A stretch of 57,737 bases of DNA from Tubiluchus corallicola (lineage: Eukaryota > Animalia > Priapulida). Positions 25,501 through 38,297 of the stretch are shown one piece after another. The stretch covers positions 102,121 to 159,857 of the forward strand of contig JAQGDQ010000507.1 of assembly GCA_030141605.1 (NCBI GenBank), written 5' to 3'. Position 1 is the first letter of the stretch, and every line of letters starts with the position of its first letter. The notes under the pieces were generated by a model that worked only from the letters and a program-made list of their open reading frames with translations, was not told the origin of the DNA and did no database searches. The position numbers and the translations under genes were made by a program.

Positions 25501-28500
25501 TAAGAATAGACATAGAATATAACTTAAGAATAGACATAGAATATAACTTAAGAATAGGCATAGAATATAACTTAAGAATAGACATAGAATATAACTTAAG
25601 AATAGACATAGAATATAACTTAAGAATAGACATAGAATATAACTTAAGAATAAACATAGAATATAACTTAAGAATAGACATAGAATATAACTTAAGAATA
25701 GACATAGAATATAACTTAAGAAAAGGCATAGAATATAACTTAAGAATAGACATAGAATATAACTTAAGAATAGACATAGAATATAACTTAAGAATAGACA
25801 TAGAATATAACTTAAGAATAGGCATAGAATATAACTTAAGAATAGACATAGAATATAACTTAAGAATAGACATAGAATATAACTTAAGAATAGACATAGA
25901 ATATAACTTAAGAATAGACATAGAATATAACTTAAGAATAGGCATAGAATATAACTTAAGAACAGACATAGAATATAACTTAAGAATAGACATAGAATAT
26001 AACTTAAGAATAGACATAGAATATAACTTAAGAATAAACATAGAATATAACTTAAGAATAGACATAGAATATAACTTAAGAATAAACATAGAATATAACT
26101 TAAGAATAGACATAGAATATAACTTAAGAATAGACATAGAATATAACTTAAGAATAGGCATAGAATATAACTTAAGAATAGACATAGAATATAACTTAAG
26201 AATAGACATAGAATATAACTTAAGAATAGACATAGAATATAACTTAAGAATAGACATAGAATATAACTCAAGAATAGACATAGAATATAACTTAAGAATA
26301 GACATAGAATATAACTTAAGAATAGACATAGAATATAACTTAAGAATAGACATATATAACTTAAGAATTGACATAGAATATAACTTAAGAATAGACATAG
26401 ACTATAACTTAAGAATTGACATAGAATATAACTTAAGAATTGACATAGAATATAACTTAAGAATAGACATAGAATATAACTCAAGAATAGACATAGAATA
26501 TAACTTAAGAATAGGCATAGAATATAACTTAAGAATAGAATATAACTTAAGAATAGACATAGACTATAACTTAAGAATTGACATAGAATATAACTTAAGA
26601 ATTGACATAGAATATAACTTAAGAATAGACATAGAATATAACTTAACAAAGGAAAATTGTATTTTTTTGTTGAATTATAGAAAACAACCACTACACTTTA
26701 TAACATTTGTCTGTCATAGAAGGGTGGAAAATTATTAATTTATTCAAAACAAACTTGGTCGCATGTGACAAATGAGACCTAACCTTAGTAACCTAGGTGT
26801 GGAGCAGGAATTTTGAATTACAAGTTAGTCTCTGGACTATGAGACTACGAACAAATGTTCTCTTTAATCAAGACAAGTTTTAATTCACTTTAATTCAACT
26901 ATTTTGTCAGTCACTTCCATATAGTTCATTAGCATTAGAATAATCACCATTTAATAAAGTTCAACTGCACCGGCTACAAAAAAATTTGTTTTGTTTCTGT
27001 TTTACCTCATGAGCTCAAAAGTTATCAGTAGGGCGGGAGGAAATTTTCTGTTAAGCTTTGTGAATGTTTATAGCTGAGTTGTGGAATATTTAAAATTAAT
27101 TGAAATCAAAGTTTATTTATTTTCCACTGGTTAGCAATAATGTTCTAAACTTTTTCAATGCACATTTTTTTCACATTTTGTTTTTTAATTATTGGTTTTG
27201 ATTTACTAAATTATCATATAATTATCGATTATTGTATAGTCTCTTTTTTGTACCACATGAACGTATGTTATGATAATTGTGGCATAAGCGGCAACACAAC
27301 TCGGAAAAACAAATTATAAAATTCCTGGCAGGTGGTGCGATAAAAATATTACCCGGGGCGATTAGACGGAAGCAGAAGTATTTTTATTGCCGACCTAGTA
27401 ATTAAAAGCGTATTTTAACACAGCAAAACACGACAGTTCCTTTCATAAGGTGTTTACTGCAGTCTTTATTTTCTAAAGAAGCAGAAAAAACAAAAAATAC
27501 ATAAAATTTGCAGTAATGTAATTTTGAAAAAAACTACAGAAATTTGAACAAAAAAAATTACACCGAAAATTTCTGTCTAATTGATAAACTTAGATTTACA
27601 AAATTCACTTACTTCATTTGGCTAGAGAGAGCACACTGTTTATGGTTTATAAAGCATGACATTAAATTTCTCACATAAAAAATTGCATTATCCACCAATT
27701 ACAAGTAAGTCTCTGCAATAACCAGTTGAGTCTGCCAGCAATTGCCCACTTGTCTCCTTTTAGTTTTCGGCTCCCTCCTGCGGGAAAAATAAAAAACGAA
27801 TTATATGGGTAATTGGGTAATATGCCCATAACAGCGTAGAATAAACTTAAAAGAGCTTATGGTTTAGTAATTAATTGGAATGTATTTTTTAAGTTCTTTG
27901 CATATTCACAGTCGAGTTACTTAATTAATAAAACTAATTAATGGGTAAATTCAGTAAACTGTATGAAGGCTATACAGGTGTACAATAATGTCATACTTTA
28001 CATAAGCATGTACTGTGATAGGTCTTACCAAAGAGAACCAATCGACCTGGATTGAGCACAACTAACCGGTTTCCACGTACACGTGGAGGATATCGCGGTG
28101 GATATCGTGGTCGTTCCTACTATGGTTATAATCCGAGGTTTAGTGGCCGATCTCGGTACATTAGCGGGTAAGCTCTCTTGCTGTCACACATTGTTGAATT
28201 ATTGGTCAGATTTTTGACTACGGACTTTCTAGTAGTGCTACATAATACTCAACAAGCAACTTGGCAGATTAATACTCAACAAGCAACTTGGCAGATTAAT
28301 ACTCAACAAGCAACTTGGCAGATTAACACTCAACAAGCTACTTGGCAGATTAATACTCAACAAGCTACTTGGCAGATTAATACTCAACAAGCAACTTGGC
28401 AGGTTAATACTCAACAAGCAACTTGGCAGATTAATACTCAACAAGCACTTTGGCAGATTAATACTCAGCAAGCAACTTGGCAGATTAATACTCAACAAGC

Positions 28501-31500
28501 ACTTTGGCAGATTAATACTCAGCAAGCAACTTGGCAGATTAATACTCAACAGGCACTTTGGCAGATTAATACTCAGCAAGCAACTTACCAGATTAATACT
28601 CAGCAAGCAACTTGGCAGATTAATACTCAACAAGCTACTTGGCAGATTAATACTCAGCAAGCAACTTGGCAGATTAGTGCTCAACAAGCACTTTGGCAGA
28701 TTAATGCTCAGCAAGCAATTTACCAGATTAATACTCAACAAGCAACTTGGCAGATTAATACTCAGTAAGCAACTTGGCAGGTTAATACTCAACAAGCACT
28801 TTGGCAGATTAATACTCAGCAAGCAACTTGGCAGATTAATACTCAACAAGCACTTTGGCAGACTAATACTCAGCAAGCAACTTGGCAGATTAATACTCAA
28901 CAGGCACTTTGGCAGATTAATACTCAGCAAGCAACTTACCAGATTAATACTCAGCAAGCAACTTGGCAGATTAATACTCAACAAGCTACTTGGCAGATTA
29001 ATACTCAGCAAGCAACTTGGCAGATTAGTGCTCAACAAGCACTTTGGCAGATTAATGCTCAGCAAGCAATTTACCAGATTAATACTCAACAAGCAACTTG
29101 GCAGATTAATACTCAGTAAGCAACTTGGCAGGTTAATACTCAACAAGCAACTCAAAACCCAACACACAACCCAACAACTTGGCAGATTAATACTCAGCAA
29201 GCAACTTGGCAGATTAATACCCAACAGCACTTTGGCAGATTAATACTCAGCAAGCAACTTGGCAGATTAATACCCAACAAGCACGTTGGCAGATTAATAC
29301 TCAACAAGCAACTTGGCAGATTAATACTCAGCAAGCAGCTTGGCAGATTAATACTCAACAAGCAACTTGGCAGATTAATACTCAACAAGCTACTTGGCAG
29401 ATTAATACTTAACAAGCAACTTGGCAGATTAATACTCAACAAGCAACTTGGCAGATTAATACTTAACAAGCAACTTGGCAGATTAATACTCAACAAGCAA
29501 CTTGGCAGATTAATACTCAACAAGCAGCTTGGCAGATTAATACTCAACAAGCAACTTGGCAGATTAATACTCAGCAAGCAGCTTGGCAGATTAATACTTA
29601 ACAAGCAACTTGGCAGATTAATACTCAACAAGCAACTTGGCAGATTAATACTTAACAAGCAACTTGGCAGATTAATACTCAGCAAGCAACTTGGCAGATT
29701 AATACTTAACAAGCAACTTGGCAGATTAATACTCAACAAGCAACTTGGCAGATTAATACTCAACAAGCAACTTGGCAGATTAATACCCAACAGCACTTTG
29801 GCAGATTAATACCCAACAGCACTTTGGCAGATTAATACTCAACAAGCAATACTAGTACATTTGACTACATACTTCCTAGTACATTTGACTAAAGACTTCC
29901 TAGTACATTTGACTACATACTTCCTAGTACATTTGACTACAGACTTTCTAGTACATTTGACTACAGACTTCCTAGTACATTTGACTACAGACTTCCTAGT
30001 ACATTTGACTACAGACTTTCTAGTACATTTGACTACAGACTTCCTAGTACATTTGACTACAGACTTTCTAGTACATTTGACTACAGACTTTCTAGTACAT
30101 TTGACTACAGACTTCCTAGTACATTTGACTACAGTCTTTCTAGTACATTTGACTACAGACTTCCTAGTACATTTGACTACAGACTTTCTAGTACATTTGA
30201 CTACAGACTTTCTAGTACATTTGACTAAAGACTTCCTAGTACATTTGACTACAGACTTCGTAGTACATTTGACTACAGACTTTCTAGTACATTTGACTAC
30301 ATACTTCCTAGTACATTTGACTACAGACTTTCTAGTACATTTGACTACAGACTTCCTAGTACATTTGACTACAGACTTTCTAGTACATTTGACTACAGAC
30401 TTTCTAGTACATTTGACTACAGACTTTCTAGTACATTTGACTACAGACTTTCTAGTACATTTGACTACAGACTTTCTAGTACATTTGACTACAGACTTTC
30501 TAGTACATTTGACTACAGACTTTCTAGTACATTTGACTACATACTTTCTAGTACATTTGACTACAGACTTCCTAGTACATTTGACTACAGACTTTCTAGT
30601 ACATTTACACAACCAACAACAAAACTTCCTAGTACATTTGACTACAGACTTCCTAGTACATTTGACTACAGACTTTCTAGTACATTTGACTACAGACTTT
30701 CTAGTACATTTGACTACAGACTTCCTAGTACATTTGACTACAGACTTTCTAGTACATTTGACTACAGACTTTCTAGTACATTTGACTACAGACTTTCTAG
30801 TACATTTGACTACAGACTTTCTAGTACATTTGACTACAGACTTCCTAGTACATTTGACTACAGACTTTCTAGTACATTTGACTACAGACTTCCTAGTACA
30901 TTTGACTACAGACTTTCTAGTACATTTGACTACAGACTTCCTAGTACATTTGACTACAGACTTTCTAGTACATTTGACTACAGACTTTCTAGTACATTTG
31001 ACTACAGACTTTCTAGTACATTTGACTACAGACTTTCTAGTACATTTGACTACAGACTTTCTAGTACATTTGACTACAGACTTTCTAGTACATTTGACTA
31101 CAGACTTCGTAGTACATTAGACTACAGACATTCTAGTACATTTGACTACAGACTTTCTAGTACATTTGACTACAGATTTCCTAGTACATTTGACTACAGA
31201 CGTTCTAGTACATTTGACTACAGACTTCCTAGTACATTTGACTACAGACTTTAACAACAAAACTTCCTAGTACATTTGACTACAGACTTCCTAGTACATT
31301 TGACTACAGACTTCCTAGTACATTTGACTACAGACTTTCTAGTACATTTGACTACAGACTTTCTAGTACATTTGACTACAGACTTCCTAGTACATTTGAC
31401 TACAGACGTTCTAGTACATTTGACTACAGACTTTCTAGTACATTTGACTACAGACGTTCTAGTACATTTGACTACAGACTTCCTAGTACATTTGACTACA

Positions 31501-32528
31501 GACTTTCTAGTACATTTGACTACATACTTCCTAGTACATTTGACTACAGACTTTCTAGTACATTTGACTACAGACTTCTAGTACATTTGACTACAGTTTC
31601 TAGTACATTTGACTACAGACTTCCTAGTACATTTGACTACAGACTTTCTAGTACATTTGACTACAGACTTTCTAGTACATTTGACTACAGACTTCCTAGT
31701 ACATTTGACTACAGACTTTCTAGTACATTTGACTACAGACTTTCTAGTACATTTGACTACAGACTTCCTAGTACATTTGACTACAGACTTTCTAGTACAT
31801 TTGACTACAGACTTTCTAGTACATTTGACTACAGACTTTCTAGTACATTTGACTACAGACTTTCTAGTACATTTGACTACAGACTTTCTAGTACATTTGA
31901 CTACAGACTTTCTAGTACATTTGACTACAGACTTTCTAGTACATTTGACTACAGACTTTCTAGTACATTTGACTACAGACTTTCTAGTACATTTGACTAC
32001 AGACTTTCTAGTACATTTGACTACAGACTTCCTAGTACATTTGACTACAGACTTTCTAGTACATTTGACTACAGATTTCCTAGTACATTTGACTACAGAC
32101 GTCCTAGTACATTTGACTACATACTTCCTAGTACATTTGACTACATACTTCCTAGTACATTTGACTACAGACTTCCTAGTACATTTGACTACAGACTTCC
32201 TAGTACATTTGACTACAGACTTCCTAGTACATTTGACTACAGATTTTCTAGTAAATTTGTAACTTGAATTGTGCTTGAACAAAAACTCAAAGTAAATAGC
32301 ATTCATTCTAAATATTCGTTACAGTCCAAATGCTTGGTGTTTAGGGCAAACTTGGGTAAATAGACATTTCTCCAGGAGAAAATAACTTTGACTAGCAGCT
32401 CATTTTTTGCAGGGGGTGATTTTCTTCCAGTTCTTTCTAAGCCATTATGGAGCTGGCTGCTTTGACTAAGAAATCTTTCTTTCTTTTTTTTCAGTCGTCC
32501 ACGTCGTCCATGGTTCTCGCCATATTGA
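16424..32528 (+). CDS. PABPN1: Nuclear poly(A)-binding protein (PABPN1/PABP2), complete CDS, 7 coding exons
   Basis: Exons 16424-16597, 18978-19089, 20388-20467, 22582-22688, 23967-24054, 28022-28167, 32495-32528 in frame: acidic N-terminus, [21 protein letters not shown] coiled coil, RRM ([10 protein letters not shown]...[28 protein letters not shown]), Arg/Gly tail, WFSPY*. Confidence 0.96.
17298..18029 (+). mobile_element. Non-autonomous Helitron-like element, copy 2
   Basis: Homologous to 12064-12708 with an extra ~80 bp; perfect hairpin CGCAAAA-TG-TTTTGCG (18002-18017) then CGAG|T. Confidence 0.65.
18511..18789 (+). mobile_element. Degraded 3' end of a non-LTR retrotransposon (LINE ORF2 C-terminus)
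   Basis: [23 protein letters not shown] resembles the FFPRT..LWNSLP...FP..YNL C-terminal motif of CR1/Jockey-group LINEs. Confidence 0.6.
18978..19089 (+). CDS. PABPN1: PABPN1 exon 2
   Basis: [37 protein letters not shown]. Confidence 0.94.
20388..20467 (+). CDS. PABPN1: PABPN1 exon 3
   Basis: [26 protein letters not shown]. Confidence 0.93.
20488..21289. mobile_element. piggyBac-like MITE with internal ~250-bp tandem duplication
   Basis: TTAA|GCCTTTCACTA ... TAGTGAAAGGG|TTAA. Confidence 0.7.
22582..22688 (+). CDS. PABPN1: PABPN1 exon 4
   Basis: [35 protein letters not shown]. Confidence 0.95.
22771..23280. mobile_element. Kolobok-like MITE
   Basis: TTAA|AGGAAAGAACAAG ... CTTGACCTTTCCT|TTAA; TTAA TSD with purine (AG) termini. 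Confidence 0.65.
23967..24054 (+). CDS. PABPN1: PABPN1 exon 5
   Basis: [29 protein letters not shown]. Confidence 0.95.
24078..26646. repeat. Minisatellite, 24-bp unit (AGAATATAACTTAAGAATAGACAT), ~107 copies, PABPN1 intron 5
   Basis: Direct inspection. Confidence 0.98.
28022..28167 (+). CDS. PABPN1: PABPN1 exon 6
   Basis: [35 protein letters not shown]... Confidence 0.94.
28244..29849. repeat. Minisatellite, 27-bp unit (AATACTCAACAAGCAACTTGGCAGATT), ~59 copies, PABPN1 intron 6
   Basis: Direct inspection; includes a 351-bp higher-order duplication. Confidence 0.97.
29852..32253. repeat. Minisatellite, 24-bp unit (CTAGTACATTTGACTACAGACTTT), ~100 copies, PABPN1 intron 6
   Basis: Direct inspection. 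Confidence 0.98.
32495..32528 (+). CDS. PABPN1: PABPN1 terminal coding exon
   Basis: Strong pyrimidine tract + CAG, then [13 protein letters not shown]. Confidence 0.92.
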
Positions 32529-32893
32529 TGGTGCATTTTGGTATGTGCTGATGCATGCTTGTAAAACATTCATTACTTCTATGTGTTCCAAAGCGATTTT
32601 ACTGTTTTTTCCGAATCCATTTTTATCAAGCTGTTATCAGTGAATAGACATGTAGAGTTTCTTTATTACTGACTTCATAAGTGTGCAAAAATTGATAAAT
32701 ATTGTTTGTTTCTTGTACATCGCCTACTTGGCTCCTTGAAAAAAATATTGTTTCTCGTATGTGTTCAGCTATGCCTACAAACTTTGTAAGCGTTTCATGC
32801 GTTATTTACATTGAATTGTGTAAGCACAAGTGTGTTGACATAGATGTTGAGAGATAAGGTTGAATTAATGCAAGCTCGGAATTCTTCGACTTG

Positions 32894-32899
32894 AATAAA
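32894..32899 (+). terminator. Candidate PABPN1 polyadenylation signal
   Basis: First AATAAA seen after the stop codon. Confidence 0.4.
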
Positions 32900-35254
32900 A
32901 GACTGATTTTACCTTGCCTTACCTCGCAACTCGTATAATGTAAAGATTGTCATTTATTCAGTTTAACTTTATTTGTAATTTGTGGTTAGTTAGCTATGCA
33001 TCACGTTGCGTATTAGATTTTCTATAGCCATTTTATTTCTAAATGCATTTTTAAGTAACTTGCCGAGGTAGCCAGTATTTATTTGTTATTTATAAGTACG
33101 TCTTTCCGGGCTTTTGTACATTAGTCGTATCTACAAAAATTTGTTTTTTTTACTTGTACAACTTACGAATATTGGTAAAGTTTTGACTTTTGTAAATAAG
33201 GAAGCATGGTGGTAGGCTTTAAATTATAACAGCTTCATAACAAGCAAATGGGAATTAGAAGATTTATGATTACGACAGACTATTGCTTGTATATACTTTT
33301 ATTTCTCTTAGTTGAGAAAATTTTTAATTCTAGCACAAAAAAGTTCTGTTTATTGTACAACTTAATGGCTTTCTCACATAACATTTAAGACTGCATAGCT
33401 AATTTTGACGTTATTTCAATGTTGTTAGACAAGATCCTTTTTAGTCAAAATCTAATATCTGTCAAAGTCTATTCAATGTAGCTCTCAAAATCTATTTTAA
33501 AAAGTGCTGTATTTAAAGGAATAATTTTTTTTTTAAATTCATCGATATAATGGTAGCAAAGCAAAAGGTTTCAGATTCCTTACAATGTATCGAGTGTCTC
33601 AAAAAATTGCCATACACTAGTGTTATTATTTTGGTTTTCGTATTTCCTTATTTTTTTTACTTTGTATATAAAAAAAGCACTAAAAGTTTAACAGTGTGTA
33701 CAGAAAAGGAAAATTTAAGAGAACCATTTTAATAAAATTATGCGAAAATGCTAAAAAAATTACTTTCTTGAGAAGTGAGCTGTTAATACGCCAATTTCTG
33801 AGACTTACCTCAAGTTTTTGATCTCTTCTTCTTTCTGTGTAAATTTTCTTCTTGCTGTAGCCCGTCAAAAATTGCTGTGTGTTAAATCCCACAAACACAG
33901 CGGCCAATAAGAAAAGCTTGAGAAGCCAATCAGGAAATATTTCAATGAAAATGCAAGGAAGAGTTCCATAACTCTAAAAAATCTATATGGTTAATATTTA
34001 TCGCTGCCTCTAATTACTGATGAGGATAATCTTGAACCAAAGACATCAGTGTGTTTATTGATTTTTGAGACGCTCGATACTAATTCGTTAATAGAAAATT
34101 TATTTTTGTCTTGACTTTTTAACAGTTAGCATTGTTTGTGTAAGAGAGAGCTATAAATCTTCGCATTATAACATGTAAATTGTGTTATTTCATTTTTTCA
34201 GAATTCCGTCTGGTTGACCTGGTGTGACAGAGCAGTTACAATTGCGAGTCGCTAAGCAGGCGCCAGCAGATCTGAACTTGCTCTTACTTTACCAGCATTT
34301 CTTTACTGTTTTGTCTTTCGTTTTAGGAATATATTTGCGTTGGCTGAGTTTTGGGCCATGTAGAAGTTCAATTTTCTATATACTAATTTTCGTGAGATTT
34401 GGCTGCGCTTAGGTTTCCCTAAATTTGTTCGACTAAGCTATACGAATGATAGGTTTATTTAGTGACAGTGTTTCAGTGCATCAATTTCACACTTAGTGGG
34501 AATTGCTTATTTCCTGATTTAAGGGAAAACTTGAAAAAGAGTCACGCTTCAGCGGGGTAAAAATAGGATTGTTCCTTTGTGGCAAAATGTCAAAACACCA
34601 AACGATTTGCGACCTTGCTGTTTTGCACTGTAGATGCATTGTGGCCTTGAAACTGGAGTCCTTTAATATTGATAGCAGATTGGTAAATTTAAGTGCTTGT
34701 TGCTAGGTTCATCTCCACTGTTCAAGTGTATCGTTTCGCTATAAGTCTTATAAGTCGCATTATAGGTGTCGCTGTAATCTTGTCACATAGGTTGTGTCAG
34801 CGTTGTCTTTAGATAATCAATATTTTATCCATCACTAGAAAAGTTATCCTGAGTATTTAGGTCTTTCATGGTGGTCTTTAGTAACACTGGTTCTACACAC
34901 GCATGTTGCTCTGTCAATGGAAAATGAAATCAATTTTTCACTTGCTTTTTAGTATAGTAACCACTGGCATCTATTAGTGAGTAAGAATCTTTCCGTTATA
35001 ATTACTTATGCAGTATGTACTCGATAAATTTTAGAAAGTTGCCGTACAATTTTAAAATTTGAGACATGAGTGAGACAACATGTCAGATTTGTATTTGTAA
35101 GTGATCACAGAAATTTTACTCCTTTCATAGGCAAGAGTGCATCTCATAATACGTAGCTTAGATTTTTCAAACAATTTTTTCAGGCAAATTTTTTAGATTT
35201 TTTAGCCTCTGCATTTTTTCTTGTAGCTCACCATTTTTATTTTCTGCTCAGTTT

Positions 35255-36516
35255 ATCTCCCTGCACTAAAAGAAAGTTTTATTAAGTAAAGGGGTAGAGT
35301 AAAGTGAAAAGGTTTAGCAAAGCCATCTCCCTGCACTAAAAGAAAGTTTTATTAAGTAAAGGGGTAGAGTAAAGTGAAAAGGTTTAGGGAAGCCATCTCC
35401 CTGCACTAAAAGAAAGTTTTATTAAGTAAAGGGGTAGAGTAAAGTGAAAAGGTTTAGCAAAGCCATCTCCCTGCACTAAAAGAAAGTTTTATTAAGTAAA
35501 GGGGTAGAGTAAAGTGAAAAGGTTTAGCAAAGCCATCTCCCTGCACTAAAAGAAAGTTTTATTAAGTAAAGGGGTAGAGTAAAGTGAAAAGGTTTAGCAA
35601 AGCCATCTCCCTGCACTAAAAGAAAGTTTTATTAAGTAAAGGGGTAGAGTAAAGTGAAAAGGTTTAGCAAAGCCATTCCCTGCACTAAAAGAAAGTTTTA
35701 TTAAGTAAAGGGGTAGAGTAAAGTGAAAAGGTTTAGCAAAGCCATTTCCCTGCACTAAAAGAAAGTTTTATTAAGTAAAGGGGTAGAGTAAAGTGAAAAG
35801 GTTTAGCAAGCCATCTCCCTGCACTAAAAGAAAGTTTTATTAAGTAAAGGGGTAGAGTAAAGTGAAAAGGTTTAGCAAAGCCATTTCCCTGCACTAAAAG
35901 AAAGTTTTATTAAGTAAAGGGGTAGAGTAAAGTGAAAAGGTTTAGGGAAGCCATCTCCCTGCACTAAAAGAAAGTTTTATTAAGTAAAGGGGTAGAGTAA
36001 AGTGAAAAGGTTTAGCAAAGCCATTTCCCTGCACTAAAAGAAAGTTTTATTAAGTAAAGGGGTAGAGTAAAGTGAAAAGGTTTAGGGAAGCCATCTCCCT
36101 GCACTAAAAGAAAGTTTTATTAAGTAAAGGGGTAGAGTAAAGTGAAAAGGTTTAGCAAAGCCATCTCCCTGCACTAAAAGAAAGTTTTATTAAGTAAAGG
36201 GGTAGAGTAAAGTGAAAAGGTTTAGCAAAGCCATTTCCCTGCACTAAAAGAAAGTTTTATTAAGTAAAGGGGTAGAGTAAAGTGAAAAGGTTTAGCAAAG
36301 CCATCTCCCTGCACTAAAAGAAAGTTTTATTAAGTAAAGGGGTAGAGTAAAGTGAAAAGGTTTAGCAAAGCCATCTCCCTGCACTAAAAGAAAGTTTTAT
36401 TAAGTAAAGGGGTAGAGTAAAGTGAAAAGGTTTAACAAAGCCATTTCCCTGCACTAAAACAAAGTTTTATTAAGTAAAGGGGTAGAGTAAAGTGAAAAGG
36501 TTTAGCAAAGCCATTT
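35255..36516. repeat. Tandem repeat, 70-bp unit, ~18 near-identical copies
   Basis: ATCTCCCTGCACTAAAAGAAAGTTTTATTAAGTAAAGGGGTAGAGTAAAGTGAAAAGGTTTAGCAAAGCC repeated. Confidence 0.97.
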
Positions 36517-37826
36517 TCTAACGAGTTTTTTATTCCAGGTTCATCGGCTCTTCACAATCACTAATCAGATTTTGTTTTTGCAGGTATCACAGGTCGGCGA
36601 AATCATCAATGGAATATTTATGCAAATGGACACAGTTCCAGAAACAATACTCGTCTTGATAAACAAAAGAACTTTTGGTAACCTAAACTCTATTGAATGT
36701 AGAATTGTGACCTTGTGTCCATTAACTAGATAATCCATTGATGAACTTTAAAACAAAAAAAAACAAAAAAATGTAAAAAAATGAGAAATGTAAAAGATGT
36801 AAAAAATGAAAAAATGTAAAAAAAATGAAAAAATGTAAAAGGAAAAAGATTAGTAAAAATATTGTTCTTCACTAATAAAAAATGGAAAATGTATAACTAT
36901 TTCTTTGCTCGTTTTTTTATTATCTGTGTTGAGCTTACCAAAATATTTCTAGCCTTGTGTTGAGTAATGTGATAAGCACGTACACATCTGATTTGTTTGT
37001 TTAGAAATGGGATTTCCTATTACTAGTAAGCTATACTCTTCCCACATAAAGAAATTAATAAAACCCCTGTGTATGTGATGTCATCAATACATTTTAGTCA
37101 AACTTGCCCACTAGACAGAGAAATGAACTCATCTTCTCTTCATGACTACTCAGAGGAGCTGTAAGCATTAACTGTTAATAATGTGCATCCATGCAGGTTT
37201 AAACAGTACAGTAACTTTTTTCTTTTCTGTATTCATTTGACGAGAAATCAAGTGTGATTTAAAAATTACATCAATTTTGCCATGGCTGTGGAATTTTACT
37301 TTGCCAAAGGTCAATCAAATCCCTAATTACGTCCCAAACCCATACCGTGGCCAGCATATGAATGCTGGTCTGATGTAACACTTGCAGCAGTGATCCTAGG
37401 CTAGGCCCTGTTTCACATCTCGTTATTACCAGTTTAGTGACTGGAGAAACAGGACCATTAATTTATCTCAGTGAAAGTTTTGTAAAATCGGCCTCTGAAG
37501 TTTGCATCTATGGTAACAGTGGCATGGCACAATGCTTGAATATAATAATGGATAACTTCAGAAAATTACTACAATCAAACGTCTTTATACGGCCTACTTT
37601 AGGACTGCTAAAAGTTGGCATTATAGCAAGTTTGGAATTACAACAAGGAGCATTAATACATACATTTCTATGCAAATACAGGCATTTTGTTCTAAAAATT
37701 TGGGCGCTAAGCAAGTTTGCCATTATGAGGGGGGGGGGTCATCGTTATAACCATGTTTGACTGTAGCATAATCACAAGAATCAAGTTTTTTTGTTCGTTT
37801 CTTTTCATCCTATACTCAGCATCATA

Positions 37827-38297
37827 CAGTCAACCTCGAGTATAAGGTAGTGCTTATAAGGGATACTCGCTTATAACGGACCACAAATACCGGTGCCGAT
37901 TTTTTGTAACGTTTTTCCTATGTAAAAATCTTCGTATACAAGGTACTCGGATATAAGGGACCTTCGGTTAAAAAAGACGTCTTCAGATCCTGCGTAATAG
38001 AAACCCAGGTAAATTACCTCGCATATAAGGGACCCCATGATCAAAGCAAAATCGATCGATTTTTAACCTCAATTTTTTGCAAGCTCGGTTTTCAAACATC
38101 TCAGTTGACGCGGTCACATACATCTCGCATCACTGAAGGAGCTTCTTACATACCGTTTGCACTCAATGTGTAGCAATAATCAATAAAAATATGGGTAAAA
38201 GTGCAGAAAAGTACTGGTCTAGATACACCCTCGGTCTGACTCAACTTCGGCTACAAGAGACCGGTCCGAAGGTGTCCCTTATATCCGAGGTTGACTG
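37827..38297. mobile_element. Tc1/mariner-superfamily (Tigger/pogo-like) MITE
   Basis: TA|CAGTCAACCTCG ... CGAGGTTGACTG|TA, with subterminal TATAAGG repeats. Confidence 0.88.

Noticed and set aside
24050-26691. Long ORFs (782, 552, 328 aa) of MSILKLYS / LCLFLSYI repeats
   Set aside because: Translations of a 24-bp intronic minisatellite whose unit is a multiple of 3.
28178-32306. [17 protein letters not shown] and KCTRKSVV repeat ORFs
   Set aside because: Translations of the 27- and 24-bp arrays in PABPN1 intron 6; open in several frames on both strands.
35255-36516. CRISPR-like array (this and the other arrays)
   Set aside because: Head-to-tail units with no unique spacers, no cas genes, eukaryotic context.
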